Position numbers and translations under genes: made by a program
Shown here: in pieces, positions 46,820-57,700 of the stretch
Layout of the letters: the number at the start of each line of letters is the position of its first letter
Numbering within the stretch: position 1 is the stretch's first letter
Assembly (NCBI GenBank): GCA_964370865.1
Contig: CAYJKF010000002.1
Coordinates: forward strand, 84,719 to 148,718
DNA: 64,000 nucleotides
Origin: an uncultured Candidatus Saccharibacteria bacterium
GTDB lineage: Bacteria; Patescibacteriota; WWE3; 2-01-FULL-39-13
Direction: 5' to 3'
Notes under the pieces: model-generated
What the model was told of the DNA's origin: nothing
The model's database searches: none
The model's input: the letters and a program-made list of their open reading frames with translations, nothing else

Positions 46820-48363
46820 GTGAATGGCCCGTATACTTTAAAGACAGACTAACTATTTCGAATTTAAATAGTGCTAACGCTATTGCATGCCTTTGGACTC
46901 CAAAAGAAACAATTGAAAAACTCACTATTCCAGAAGCATATTGCGTTCTAGGCCAGTTGTATACAAAAAAGGGAATCAACTATCTATTAAGAAATATTTT
47001 AGCCAATCCATTTATTAAAAATATTTACTTGGTTGGAAACGACTTAATGGAAAGCGGCGAAGCTCTAGTTAAGTTTTTTGAAAATGGAATCGATGAAAAT
47101 TATAAAATAATTGGTGATGACTCTGCAGTAATAGATAAGGAAATTTCAATAGAAAAAATAAATATCTTGAGAGAAAAAGTTTCATTGGTGGATTTACGTG
47201 GAGCTGATAAATTAACTTCACTAAAAACTGCGATAAAACCCAACGAAGACATTTCATTATGGTCTGAGCCCGAGATGTTCGAAGAACCACCAGCTCCAGA
47301 TATTTCCACATTTCCATCAGAAGTAGATTTAATGAGAATTCGTCGTCCGCTAATATCCGAAGCCTATTTATCAGTACTTAAACACGTGATGCAGTTTGGT
47401 TTGGAGTCGGAGCCAGTTATGAATTATGTTTCAGATACATCCAAATCAATGAAGGAATTATTAAATCTTTCAGTAATTATTACTGATGAGGAGGTGGACT
47501 CCCCAAATGTTCCTGGCTATATGCCATTTAGTGCAACTGACTTGCAAAATTACTACAATGGTTTTTTTAATCCAGATAAAATGACAGAGGATTATACCTA
47601 TGGTGAAAGACTCTTTAATTTCGCAAATGATGAAATTAATGAACTAAAGAAAATATACCCTCATCTCAATATCGATAGATTTCAAAAATATTTTCCAGAG
47701 GGAGGAATCGACCAAGTTGCAATCTCCATCATTCGTAAGCTACAAGGTTTTAAACATGATAAAGGAGCAATTGCCCTTCTTGGAAATCCCTTTACAGATG
47801 TTTTTCCACAACGACCTTCAAAAAAAATACCATGTCTGTTTTTGATCCAATGTCAGATATATCAGGATAAATTAAATATGACTGCCTACTTTAGAAGTAA
47901 CGATATGTACAATGCATGGCCATTGAATGCATTTGCTTTAAGAAAGCTACAGAAGGAGATTGCTGAAAAACTTGATTCAAAACTAGGTTCACTAATAACA
48001 ATTTCAAATATGGCACATATATATGAACATAATTATTCTGATGCCAAAAAAATAATAGATGAAAACTATAAAGGTAATTGTGAATGGGATCCAAGAGGAA
48101 ATATTATTGTTGAAGTTATTAATAAAGAAATCGTAGCCAAATTAATTTCACCAGAAGGAACCGTAGAATTGCGAGAATGGAAAATTGATGGGACGTTACC
48201 TCATGCAGCCAGAGAGTTATCATTTCTAATTGATAAAGATTTAGCAGTTTCAACTTTTGGTAATGCTTTATATTTGGGTAGACAATTTGAAAGAGCCGAG
48301 ACCGCAATAAAACTGAAATTAGAATTTAAACAGGATAACCCACTTGATTTCGAGAAAGTCTAA
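46816..48363 (+). CDS. Thymidylate synthase (ThyA) family protein with a ~180-aa N-terminal extension of unknown fold
   Basis: The C-terminal ~330 aa align with ThyA. [27 protein letters not shown] matches DQI..v...L..dP.SRR.ivsAWNp. [36 protein letters not shown] matches [48 protein letters not shown] matches GGDTHLYSNH. The catalytic Cys is present. Confidence 0.6.
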   Translation: [515 protein letters not shown]

Positions 48364-48547
48364 TTAGCAAAGACCGATTGGTACGCTATTACAAGTAACA
48401 ATGAACTTACTGCAACGAGAACACCCTGAGCGACAATATCTTTAACTTTCTTGTGATGTAGATTTTTGGCAGGCATAGTAGGTAAATTGTATACTAAAAA
48501 TCTTCTAAAAGGTATAATCTTTAGTAAGTAAATAATTATTAAAAAAT

Positions 48548-49114
48548 ATGGATCTAATATACTTTTTGTTAATACCAATTGCCTTAGCAGCTTTTGTTTG
48601 GTTTTCGTATAACTCATTAGTTAAATTAAGAATACGTGTAAAAGAAGCATGGGCTGATATAGATGTCCAATTGAAAAAAAGATATGATTTGTTACCTGAT
48701 TTGATTGAAACAGTAAGAAAAGCCACAGCAGTAGACGAACAAATTTTAACCAAGATTACAGAACTTAGATCAAAGGCAATGGAAGACTCTGCTAAAGGAG
48801 TTAATTTACAGGAAAGAGCTCAAGTTGAGAACCAACTATCGAGTATGATGAGGGATGTAAAAGTTCAGGTTGAAGCATACCCTGAAATTAGATCTCACCA
48901 AGAATTAACAAGTTTAATGGACAAAGTAACTGAAATTGAGGAAAAAATTGCTTATTCTAGAAGGTTTTATAACGCAAATGTTAAGGATTACAACACGCAA
49001 GTCGCAATGTTCCCAAGTAATATTATCGCTGGAGTTTTTAACTTTTCTTCAGAACAGTTTTTCGCAGCAAATGAAACTGAAAGAGAAGATATAAAAGTAT
49101 CATTCGATAAGTAA
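48548..49114 (+). CDS. lemA: LemA family protein
   Basis: N-terminal TM helix plus the conserved LemA core (LVKLRIRVKEAWADIDVQLKKRYDLLPDLIETV). Adjacent to htpX, as is usual. Confidence 0.85.
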   Translation: MDLIYFLLIPIALAAFVWFSYNSLVKLRIRVKEAWADIDVQLKKRYDLLPDLIETVRKATAVDEQILTKITELRSKAMEDSAKGVNLQERAQVENQLSSMMRDVKVQVEAYPEIRSHQELTSLMDKVTEIEEKIAYSRRFYNANVKDYNTQVAMFPSNIIAGVFNFSSEQFFAANETEREDIKVSFDK

Positions 49115-49126
49115 TTTAAAACCGTA

Positions 49127-50026
49127 ATGACCATATATTCGCAGATAAATTCTAATAAGCGTAAAACCGCATTTATTATTGTAGTGTTCATGCTTTTTAT
49201 TTCTTTCTTAGGATACGTTTTAGGTGAATATTACTTTGGATACGGAATGGGACTTGGTGTGATGGGTATGGCATTTGTATTTTCTGCGATTAGTGCGTTA
49301 TCGAGTTATTTCTATTCAGATAAAATGGTTTTAGGTATTTCAGGTGCGAAAAAGGCAGATCCTGTACGTGATTCGAATTTATATGGAATACTTGAAAATC
49401 TTTCAATTGGTTCAGGATTACCAAAAACACCTGATTTATATATCATTAATGATTCTGCTCCAAACGCTTTTGCGACTGGACGTGATACTAAACATTCCGC
49501 AATCGCCGTAACAACTGGTTTGGCCCAAAAACTGAACAAACGTCAAATTGAAGCTGTATTAGCGCATGAAATATCACATGTAAAAAATTACGATATATTA
49601 TTAATGACGATAGTTGTAGTACTAGTTGGATCAGTAACAATGCTCGCTAATTTTCTTTTTCGAGGTAGAATGTTCAGCTCGAGTGATAATAATCGTGGAG
49701 GTGGAGGAATTATCTTGTTAGTCGGTCTGGCTTTAGCAATAGTAAGCCCTATAATAGCTCAGCTAATTAAACTTGCGGTTTCACGAAGTAGAGAGTATTT
49801 GGCAGATGCATCCGCTTCTCTTCTTACTAGAGATCCTGATGGGCTTGCCGAAGCACTAGCAATTATTGCCAATGATCCAGAACCCCTTGAAGTTGCAAAT
49901 GAAGCGACAGCCCATCTATATATATCAAATCCTTTGAAAAAAGGAGTTAACGCTGACTGGTTTGCAAATTTGTTTAGTACACATCCTCCGGTACAAGAAA
50001 GGATTGCTAGGTTAAGGGCAATGTAG
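49127..50026 (+). CDS. htpX: Zinc metalloprotease HtpX (M48 family)
   Basis: HEISHVKNYD is the HExxH motif. Four TM helices. The C-terminal third metal-ligand region is present. Confidence 0.85.
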   Translation: MTIYSQINSNKRKTAFIIVVFMLFISFLGYVLGEYYFGYGMGLGVMGMAFVFSAISALSSYFYSDKMVLGISGAKKADPVRDSNLYGILENLSIGSGLPKTPDLYIINDSAPNAFATGRDTKHSAIAVTTGLAQKLNKRQIEAVLAHEISHVKNYDILLMTIVVVLVGSVTMLANFLFRGRMFSSSDNNRGGGGIILLVGLALAIVSPIIAQLIKLAVSRSREYLADASASLLTRDPDGLAEALAIIANDPEPLEVANEATAHLYISNPLKKGVNADWFANLFSTHPPVQERIARLRAM

Positions 50027-50029
50027 TTT

Positions 50030-50311
50030 ATGGTTACAAAAGAACAAGTTTTAAAAATCGCGAAATTGGCTAATTTAGAATTAACTGAAGCCGAAGTCGA
50101 TTCATTTACTCCACAGATTTCTAATATAATTGGGTATTTAAATAAACTAAGTGAAGTTGATGTCAGCTCTGTCGAGCAGGATTTTACCGTTTTAAAAGAC
50201 TCAAAAAATCGTTTTCAAGAAGGTGAAAGTAATACTATAGAAAGAAAAGAAGCGTTGAAAAATTCTAAAGATCATACTGATAAGTATTTTTCAACGGACC
50301 CTGTTTTATGA
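50030..50311 (+). CDS. gatC: Asp/Glu-tRNA(Asn/Gln) amidotransferase subunit C
   Basis: 93 aa. VLKIAKLANLELTEAEVDSFTPQISNIIGYLNKLSEVDV is the GatC signature. Overlaps the gatA start by 4 nt. Confidence 0.85.
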   Translation: MVTKEQVLKIAKLANLELTEAEVDSFTPQISNIIGYLNKLSEVDVSSVEQDFTVLKDSKNRFQEGESNTIERKEALKNSKDHTDKYFSTDPVL

Positions 50312-51726
50312 TAATCATTAAAGATTTTCACAATAAAATATTCAATAAAGAGAAAACTGTAGTTGAATTAATTTCAGAATATTTGGAAAATATTCAAACG
50401 ACTAATCCGAAATTGAATTCTTTTATTACAATCACAAAGGAAAGTGCATTACAAAAAGCCAGATTACTGGATGAAGAGTTATCAAAAACTTCACCAGAAG
50501 AAATTCTAAAGACTAAGCCACTTTTTGGAATTCCAATTGCTCATAAAGATATTTTTTCAACAAAAGGAGTTGAGACAACAGCAGCTTCTAATATATTAAG
50601 AGGTTATATTCCACCTTATGATGCAACTGTAGTGAAAAGGTTAGAAAATGCTGGATGCATAATGCTGGGTAAATTAAATTGTGATGCATTTGCTCATGGC
50701 GCTTCAGGAGTGAATAGCGATTTCGGAAATACATTGAATCCCTATGATTTTAATCGTATTCCAGGTGGTTCCTCTAGTGGTTCAGGTGTTGCGGTAGCGA
50801 CAAATCAAGTCTGTGTGGCAACTGGATCAGATACAGGTGGCTCAGTTAGAAATCCTGCTTCATTTACAAACACAGTTGGCTTAAAACCAACATATGGTAG
50901 AGTTTCAAGGTATGGAGTGTATGCAATGGCGTCATCTTTGGATTCAATTGGTCATATTACAAATACGGTTGAGGATAATGCGAAAATTTTAAATGTAACA
51001 GCAGGATTTGACGAGAATGATGCCACCTCATCTAAAATTGCTACAGAAGACTATACGCAGGATTTAAATCTTGGAGTTAAGGGATTAAAAATCGGAATTC
51101 CTAAAGAATACTTTACAAACGAGTTAGATCCTCAAGTAAAAAAATCAATCGAAAATTCAATCCAAATCTACACAAAACTTGGAGCAGAGATAGTTGATAT
51201 CTCCCTTCCTCATACAGAATACGCTCTTGCGGTATATTACACGTTGACACCAAGTGAAGTTTCATCCAATTTGGGACGTCTAGATGGAATTCGTTATGGT
51301 CAAGATCGTACAAAATTTGGAGCAGAAGCTAAGAGAAGAATTATGATTGGTACATATGTTTTATCTGCTGGATATTACGATGCATATTATTTAAAAGCAT
51401 TAAAAGTTAGAGCCTTAATAAAGAAAAATTTCGAGGAGGCTTTTAAAAAGGTTGATCTTATTTTGGCACCAGTTGCTCCATGCTTGCCGCTAAGGTTTGA
51501 CGAAGATTTAACGGATCCTATGAAACTTTATTTAACCGACATCCTTACAGTTACGGCTAATTTAGCTGGTATTCCAGCACTTGCTCTACCATCAGGATTC
51601 AGTGAAGAAGGTTTACCAATTGGTATGCAGTTAATGGGTAATTACTTTGAGGAAAAGCTCCTTTTCAGAGTAGCAAATGCTTACGAGCAAGAAACAAAAT
51701 TATATGAAAGGAGACCAAGCTTATGA
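50308..51726 (+). CDS. gatA: Asp/Glu-tRNA(Asn/Gln) amidotransferase subunit A (amidase)
   Basis: Amidase signature GGSSSGSGVAVATNQVCVATGSDTGGSVRNPASF. 472 aa. Confidence 0.9.
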   Translation: MIIIKDFHNKIFNKEKTVVELISEYLENIQTTNPKLNSFITITKESALQKARLLDEELSKTSPEEILKTKPLFGIPIAHKDIFSTKGVETTAASNILRGYIPPYDATVVKRLENAGCIMLGKLNCDAFAHGASGVNSDFGNTLNPYDFNRIPGGSSSGSGVAVATNQVCVATGSDTGGSVRNPASFTNTVGLKPTYGRVSRYGVYAMASSLDSIGHITNTVEDNAKILNVTAGFDENDATSSKIATEDYTQDLNLGVKGLKIGIPKEYFTNELDPQVKKSIENSIQIYTKLGAEIVDISLPHTEYALAVYYTLTPSEVSSNLGRLDGIRYGQDRTKFGAEAKRRIMIGTYVLSAGYYDAYYLKALKVRALIKKNFEEAFKKVDLILAPVAPCLPLRFDEDLTDPMKLYLTDILTVTANLAGIPALALPSGFSEEGLPIGMQLMGNYFEEKLLFRVANAYEQETKLYERRPSL

Positions 51727-53045
51727 GCGACATTAATTCAAAATACGAATTAGTTCTTGGGATGGAAATTCATATGCAGCTTTCGACTGGACGAAAGATG
51801 TTCTGTAAATGTAAAAGTGATTCGTTTGATAGCGAACCAAATGTAAATGTTTGTCCTGTTTGTTTGGGTTTACCAGGAGCCATGCCGGTTCCAAATTTAG
51901 ATGCAATCAAAAAATCTCAGCTTATGGCAAATGCCCTTGGAAGTAAACTAAATTCAAGAGTTATATTTGAGCGAAAAAACTATTTTTATCCAGATTTACC
52001 AAAAGGTTTTCAATTAACTTGTCCTCACTATCCAATTAGTACTGGTGGAGAAATGGATTTGTCTCATCTTGGATTAAAAGGTCCTTTTAGATGGAGGGAA
52101 ATTCACCTTGAAGAGGACACTGGAAAATCAATGCACACAGATAAAACATATTTAGATTTCAATAAATCAGGTATTCCACTTTTAGAGATGGTAACCGAAC
52201 CTGATTTTCGTTCGATTGATGATGCAGTAATATTTTGTACGGAGATACAATCGATAGCTAAAACGTTAAAAATAAGTGACGCGGATATGGAAAAAGGTAA
52301 ATTAAGATTGGAGGCTAATATTTCAGTCAGGCCAGTTGGTCAAACAAATCTTCCAAATTATAGAGTTGAACTTAAAAATATAAACTCATTTAAATTTATG
52401 AAGAAGGCTTTAACATTCGAATTCAGAAGACAAATTGGCGAATTAGAAAATGGAAGCACTTTATATCAAGAGACCCGAGGATTTAATGAAGACAAAAATG
52501 AAACGTTCGTGCAAAGATCAAAAGAAGAAGCTAATGATTACAGATATTTTCCTGAACCAGATATTCCACCAATTGAGTTTACGGATCCTGAATTAGATTC
52601 AATTTCGAACATAGAGTTAAGTTTACCGAAAGATAAATTCAAATTATTGAATGATTTAGGTGTTCCAACTAACTATATAAATATATTAATTGGAGATGAA
52701 ACTTTGTATAAAAATGTTATTTCCTTAATAAACGAATATAAATATGAACCCAAAAAAGCTGTATCCATTTATATTGATAAGCCATCAAATAGAAATTTGA
52801 CTCCGGCAGAAATCGTGAATGCAGAAAAAAAGAATACAGATAATAAAATAACGGATGCAAACAAAATTAAAGAGATAATTGCGACTGTCCTTGCAGAAAA
52901 TCCTAAAGCGATTCAGGATTATAAAGATGGAAAAGAGAATTCAATCCAATTTTTAATAGGACAGGTCATGCGTAGTAGTAAAGGAATGGTTGATGTTACA
53001 ACAGCAAAAGAAATTTTATTGACTAAACTCCAAAACAGTATATAA
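51723..53045 (+). CDS. gatB: Asp/Glu-tRNA(Asn/Gln) amidotransferase subunit B
   Basis: YELVLGMEIHMQLSTGRKMFC N-terminus. Partial C-terminal GatB_Yqey-like region. 440 aa. Overlaps the gatA stop by 4 nt. Confidence 0.85.
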   Translation: MSDINSKYELVLGMEIHMQLSTGRKMFCKCKSDSFDSEPNVNVCPVCLGLPGAMPVPNLDAIKKSQLMANALGSKLNSRVIFERKNYFYPDLPKGFQLTCPHYPISTGGEMDLSHLGLKGPFRWREIHLEEDTGKSMHTDKTYLDFNKSGIPLLEMVTEPDFRSIDDAVIFCTEIQSIAKTLKISDADMEKGKLRLEANISVRPVGQTNLPNYRVELKNINSFKFMKKALTFEFRRQIGELENGSTLYQETRGFNEDKNETFVQRSKEEANDYRYFPEPDIPPIEFTDPELDSISNIELSLPKDKFKLLNDLGVPTNYINILIGDETLYKNVISLINEYKYEPKKAVSIYIDKPSNRNLTPAEIVNAEKKNTDNKITDANKIKEIIATVLAENPKAIQDYKDGKENSIQFLIGQVMRSSKGMVDVTTAKEILLTKLQNSI

Positions 53046-53053
53046 AGTTCTTT

Positions 53054-54778
53054 ATGCCAAGTTACAACAGGTTACAAACTTCTAGTGCCTGGCAAAAACC
53101 CCCAAAAAACACTTCACCAAAATTTATTTTCGTTTCAGGCGGAGTTATGAGTGCGCTTGGTAAAGGGATTACTGCTGCCAGTATATCCATGTTGCTAAAA
53201 AAACATGGTTACATTGTATGTCCAATTAAATGTGAAAATAATCTTAATGTAGATTTTGGAACAATTAATCCAATTGAACATGGTGATCCTTTTCTTTGTC
53301 ACGATGGTCTAGAAGCTGATGTGGATTTAGGTAATTACGAAAGATTCTTAAATCAACCTGTTGGGACAGATAACTTCATGACCATGGGACAGTTATATTC
53401 AACTGTAATCAATAATGAAAGATTGCTTAAATATCATGGTGAAGATGTAGAACCAATTCCACATATTGTTGATGAAATAATCGAGAGATACAAGTTAGCA
53501 GCTAAATCTCACAAAGCAGATTATGTTGTTATCGAACTTGGTGGAACTGTTGGCGAATATGAAAATAATAATGGCTTATATTACGAGGCTGCTAGAAGGT
53601 TAGCTTTTCAATATCCCGTTGCACATGTACATGTAACTTATGTCCCGGTTCCTCCACATGTAGGTGAACCAAAAACAAAACCTGCACAATTTGGAATTAA
53701 AGAGCTAATGAGCATGGGGATTTATCCAGATTTTATTGTAGTAAGAAGCGAAATCCCATTAGATGACCAACGCAAATATAAATTTGCTATGAAATTTAAT
53801 ATTGATCCAAATAATGTTTTTTCTAACGAAAACTTGAAAAGTTCAGATGAAGTGCCTGTTCATCTTCATAAACAAAAAATTGATGAAAGAATTCTAAGTT
53901 TATTTGGCGACAAATCAAAGAAAATCGATATTGATGAATGGACTAGCTATGTTAACAAGCTAGTTAAAAATAAAACTAAAATAGTCAAAATAGGCATTGT
54001 CGGAAAGTACTTAGCATCAGGACAGTCTCAATCAATCGATTCTTATTATGCTCTGGTAAAGGCTTTAGAGCATGCAGCAACTAATCAAAATAGTAATTTA
54101 GAAATCCAATTTGTTAATTCTGAAACAGATGAGAAAAATATGAAAAGCGCCTTAAAAAATGTAGACGGTATCATTGTCCCAATCGGATGGGGTTCCAGAG
54201 GTGTTGAGGGAAAAATAAATGCAATTACTTTTGCGAGGGAAAATAAGATTCCTTACCTCGGACTTTGTTATGGTATGCAACTAGCTTGCGTAGAATTCGC
54301 AAGAAATGTTGTCGGTTTAACTGGTGCAAATTCAATAGAAGTAAATCCAAAGACAAAATATCCAATTATTCATAGTATTCCATTCGACCCACAATATCAG
54401 GTGATAAAAGCCGAAGGATCTTCAATGAGACTTGGAACTTATAAATGTGTCCTTAAAAAAGGTTCCTTAGCCGAGAAAGTTTATAATCTACATGTTTATA
54501 TGGATGACAAAGAGAATCGAATCGTAAGTGAGCGTCATAGACACAGATTTGAATTCAATAATGAATATAGAGAAGAGTTAGAAAAAGCAGGGCTAATTAT
54601 ATCCGGAACCTCCCCGGATAATTTTTTTGTAGAGTTTATTGAACTTGATAAAAAGGACCATCCATTTTTCATTGCAACGCAAGGTCATCCAGAATATAAA
54701 TCAACGCCTCTTATTCCACATCCTTTATTTGTGGAATTTGTTAAAGCATCGATAAAGTCAACAGCGCATAAAAAGTAG
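53054..54778 (+). CDS. pyrG: CTP synthase
   Basis: FIFVSGGVMSALGKGITAASI synthetase N-terminus. C-terminal class I glutamine amidotransferase domain (GLCYGMQLACVEFARNV, HPE triad). Has a ~20-aa N-terminal extension or an alternative start. Confidence 0.9.
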   Translation: MPSYNRLQTSSAWQKPPKNTSPKFIFVSGGVMSALGKGITAASISMLLKKHGYIVCPIKCENNLNVDFGTINPIEHGDPFLCHDGLEADVDLGNYERFLNQPVGTDNFMTMGQLYSTVINNERLLKYHGEDVEPIPHIVDEIIERYKLAAKSHKADYVVIELGGTVGEYENNNGLYYEAARRLAFQYPVAHVHVTYVPVPPHVGEPKTKPAQFGIKELMSMGIYPDFIVVRSEIPLDDQRKYKFAMKFNIDPNNVFSNENLKSSDEVPVHLHKQKIDERILSLFGDKSKKIDIDEWTSYVNKLVKNKTKIVKIGIVGKYLASGQSQSIDSYYALVKALEHAATNQNSNLEIQFVNSETDEKNMKSALKNVDGIIVPIGWGSRGVEGKINAITFARENKIPYLGLCYGMQLACVEFARNVVGLTGANSIEVNPKTKYPIIHSIPFDPQYQVIKAEGSSMRLGTYKCVLKKGSLAEKVYNLHVYMDDKENRIVSERHRHRFEFNNEYREELEKAGLIISGTSPDNFFVEFIELDKKDHPFFIATQGHPEYKSTPLIPHPLFVEFVKASIKSTAHKK

Positions 54779-54798
54779 TTTTATAGTATAAAAAGAGT

Positions 54799-57700
54799 AT
54801 GGAAGTAGATCCTATTATAAATCCTGTCAGTGGGAAATTTGTTCATTTGCATGTACATAGCGAATATTCAATGCTAGATGGAATTAACCGAATTCCCGAA
54901 GTGGTTAAGAAAATAAAAGATGACGGAATGTCGTCTCTAGCTTTAACTGATCATGGAGTGCTTTATGGCGTTTATGATTTTTATAAAGCATGCAAGTCAG
55001 CAGAAGTAAAACCGATAATCGGGTGTGAAATATATTTATCGCCTGGAAAAAAAGAAATCAAAGAAGAGATTGATGGAATAAAATATTATCACCTATTATT
55101 ACTTGCTAAGAATGAAATTGGTTACCACAACCTGATAAAGATAATTTCAAGGTCGCATTTAGAAGGATTTTACTACAGGCCAAGAGCTGATAAAGAGTTA
55201 CTGGAGGAGTTTTCTGAAGGAATTATCTGTTCATCAGCATGTGCGGTCGGACCACTAAGTAGACACATTTTGAGAAATGAAGATCCAAAGGCAATAGATT
55301 GGTTAAATTTTCTAAAGAAAAATTATAAAGATGATTTTTATCTCGAGCTACAAAGACCTGGATTCGCGGGAACAGATAATCCCAAAGAAATCAATTTTTC
55401 AGGATTTTCTGAGGAGCACGTTAATCTGCTAAAAGAGCAGACTAAAATAAATACTAAGTTGAGAGAGTGGAGTGACAAATATCAAATTCCTTTAATTGGA
55501 ACCACCGACGCTCATTATCTAAATGCTGATGATGAGTTTACACAAGAAGTCGCCTTTGCAATAAAAGATGGAAAACGGTTAAGTGATCCAACTAGAAGAC
55601 TTGCATATACCCATACATATATAAAAACCCAAAACGAGATGGCTGAGGTTTATAAGGACTTGCCAGAAGTCCTGGAAAACACAGTAAAACTTGCCGAGAA
55701 GGTTGAAACATATCCAATTGGTTATGATCGTTTACAACCCAAATTTAGCGGATTGCCAGATGGAAAAACTGCTAGAAGTTATCTAAAAGAATTATCGATG
55801 GACGGTGCAAACCTAAAATATAAAAATCTTACAGAAGATCTAATTGCAAGAATTGACATGGAATTAGACGTCATACATGACAAAGGTTATGACGATTACT
55901 TTTTAGTAGTCGCAGATATTATGCGCTGGTCTAAAGAGCAGGACATTTTAGTTGGTGTGAGGGGTTCTGTTGCAGGTAGCGTTGTTGCTTATGCTTTAAA
56001 TATAACCACAATTGATCCGATTAAATGGGAACTTTATTTCGAAAGATTTCTAAATCCGCAGAGGCCAAGTCCACCGGATATTGATATGGATATACAAGAC
56101 TCGAGAAGAGATGAAGTTCTAAAATACGTTCAAGATAAATTCGGAGAAGATTGTGTTGCTGCAATTTCTGCATTCGGACGATTAAGAACAAGAGCAGCAA
56201 TTAGAGATGTATCAAGAGTTATGGAAATCGATTTAAAGGTTGCCGATGAATTATCAAAGATGGTTCATGTAAAGTTTGGAAGAGTCAAAGCAATTAAGGG
56301 GATGCTTGCCGATGATAAACAATTTGCCTCAAGGGTTAATGAGAATCCCAATTTGTCAAAGATGGCAGAAGTCGTATCGAAAATTGAAGGACTATGTAGG
56401 CATGTGTCGACACATGCTTGTGGGTATTTAATTACTCCAACACCAATTCAAGATTTAACTCCTCTTCAATATGAAACAGGGTCTAGTGAAAAAGTTATTA
56501 CTCAGCTCGAATCCAAGCCACTCGAAGAATTGGGATTCATGAAGTTTGATTTTTTAGGACTTAAGAATTTAACAATAATTGATAAAGCTATTAAGTTGGT
56601 TAAAGAATTACATAACGTAGATGTTGATATTTACACAATCCCTGAGGACGATAAGAAAACTTTTAAATTATTCCAGGCAGCAAACACAACTTCTGTATTC
56701 CAGTTTGAATCAGAAGGAATGAAAAAATATTTAAAGGATTTAAAACCAGAGGATTTGGAAGATATCTGCTTTATGGTAGCGGCTTACAGACCAGGACCTA
56801 TGAAACTTATTCCTGAATATATTGCCTGTAAACATGGCGAAAAAGACCCGGAGTATTTGATACCAGAACTAGAACCAATATTATCCAACACTTATGGCTT
56901 TGCTATATACCAGGAACAAGTTATCAGAATAGCAGTTGAAATTGCAGGATATACAATGGGTGAAGCGGATTTACTTAGAAGAGCCATGGGTAAAAAGATT
57001 CCGGAATTAATGAAGGCCGAAGAAGCTAGATTTGTTGATGGCTGTGTAAAAGGAGGTTTTTCAAAAGATATTGGTAAAAAACTTTTTGAATACATGATGC
57101 CATTTGCAGATTATGGATTCAATAAAGCCCACGCTGCTGGCTATGCAATGCTCGCATATTGGACTGCATATCTCAAAGCACACTATCCTCTAGAATTTAT
57201 GTGTGCACGTTTAACAGCAGATATGGGAGCTGGAGACAAGCTAACAATAGCACTAGAAGAAGCAAGGCATTTAAACTTAGAGCTATTACCTCCTGATATC
57301 AATTTAAGTTATGCGGATTTTACTGCCGAAGGTAAAAATGGTATTCGATTTGGTTTTAATGGAATCAAAAACTTAGGGAGCAATGTAGTTGATGAAATTA
57401 TTTCTGCAAGAGGTTTATCAGGAGATTTCTCTAATTTAGATGAGTTAATTGACAGAGTTCCATCAATTAACTCCAGGGGACTTGAATCATTAATAAAGGT
57501 AAACGGATTATCTTCTTTTGGTCCAATCGAAGGCTTATTATCTATTTATCCTCAGCTATTAGCAAATAAATCCAAATATAATAAAAGGGACGTAAACCAA
57601 ATTGGATTCTTTGATGCTAAAAATGCTGATAGTGGACCAAAAGTTATTAGTGCTACTCCTATTCCTAATTTGAATAACATTACTGACAATCAAAAACTTC

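Noticed and set aside
46816-47350. Hypothesis that the N-terminal extension of the ThyA-like protein is a DHFR domain (DHFR-TS fusion)
   Set aside because: No DHFR signature was found in the first 180 aa: nothing resembling GRKTWES, the PLPGR.N.VLS motif or the LYLTH motif. The domain is left as unknown.
48360-48617. 85-aa minus-strand ORF between the ThyA-like gene and lemA
   Set aside because: Its 5' part overlaps the lemA start region, where the lemA promoter should be. Only the last ~38 codons (48360-48476) could encode a small TM peptide, and there is no supporting signal.
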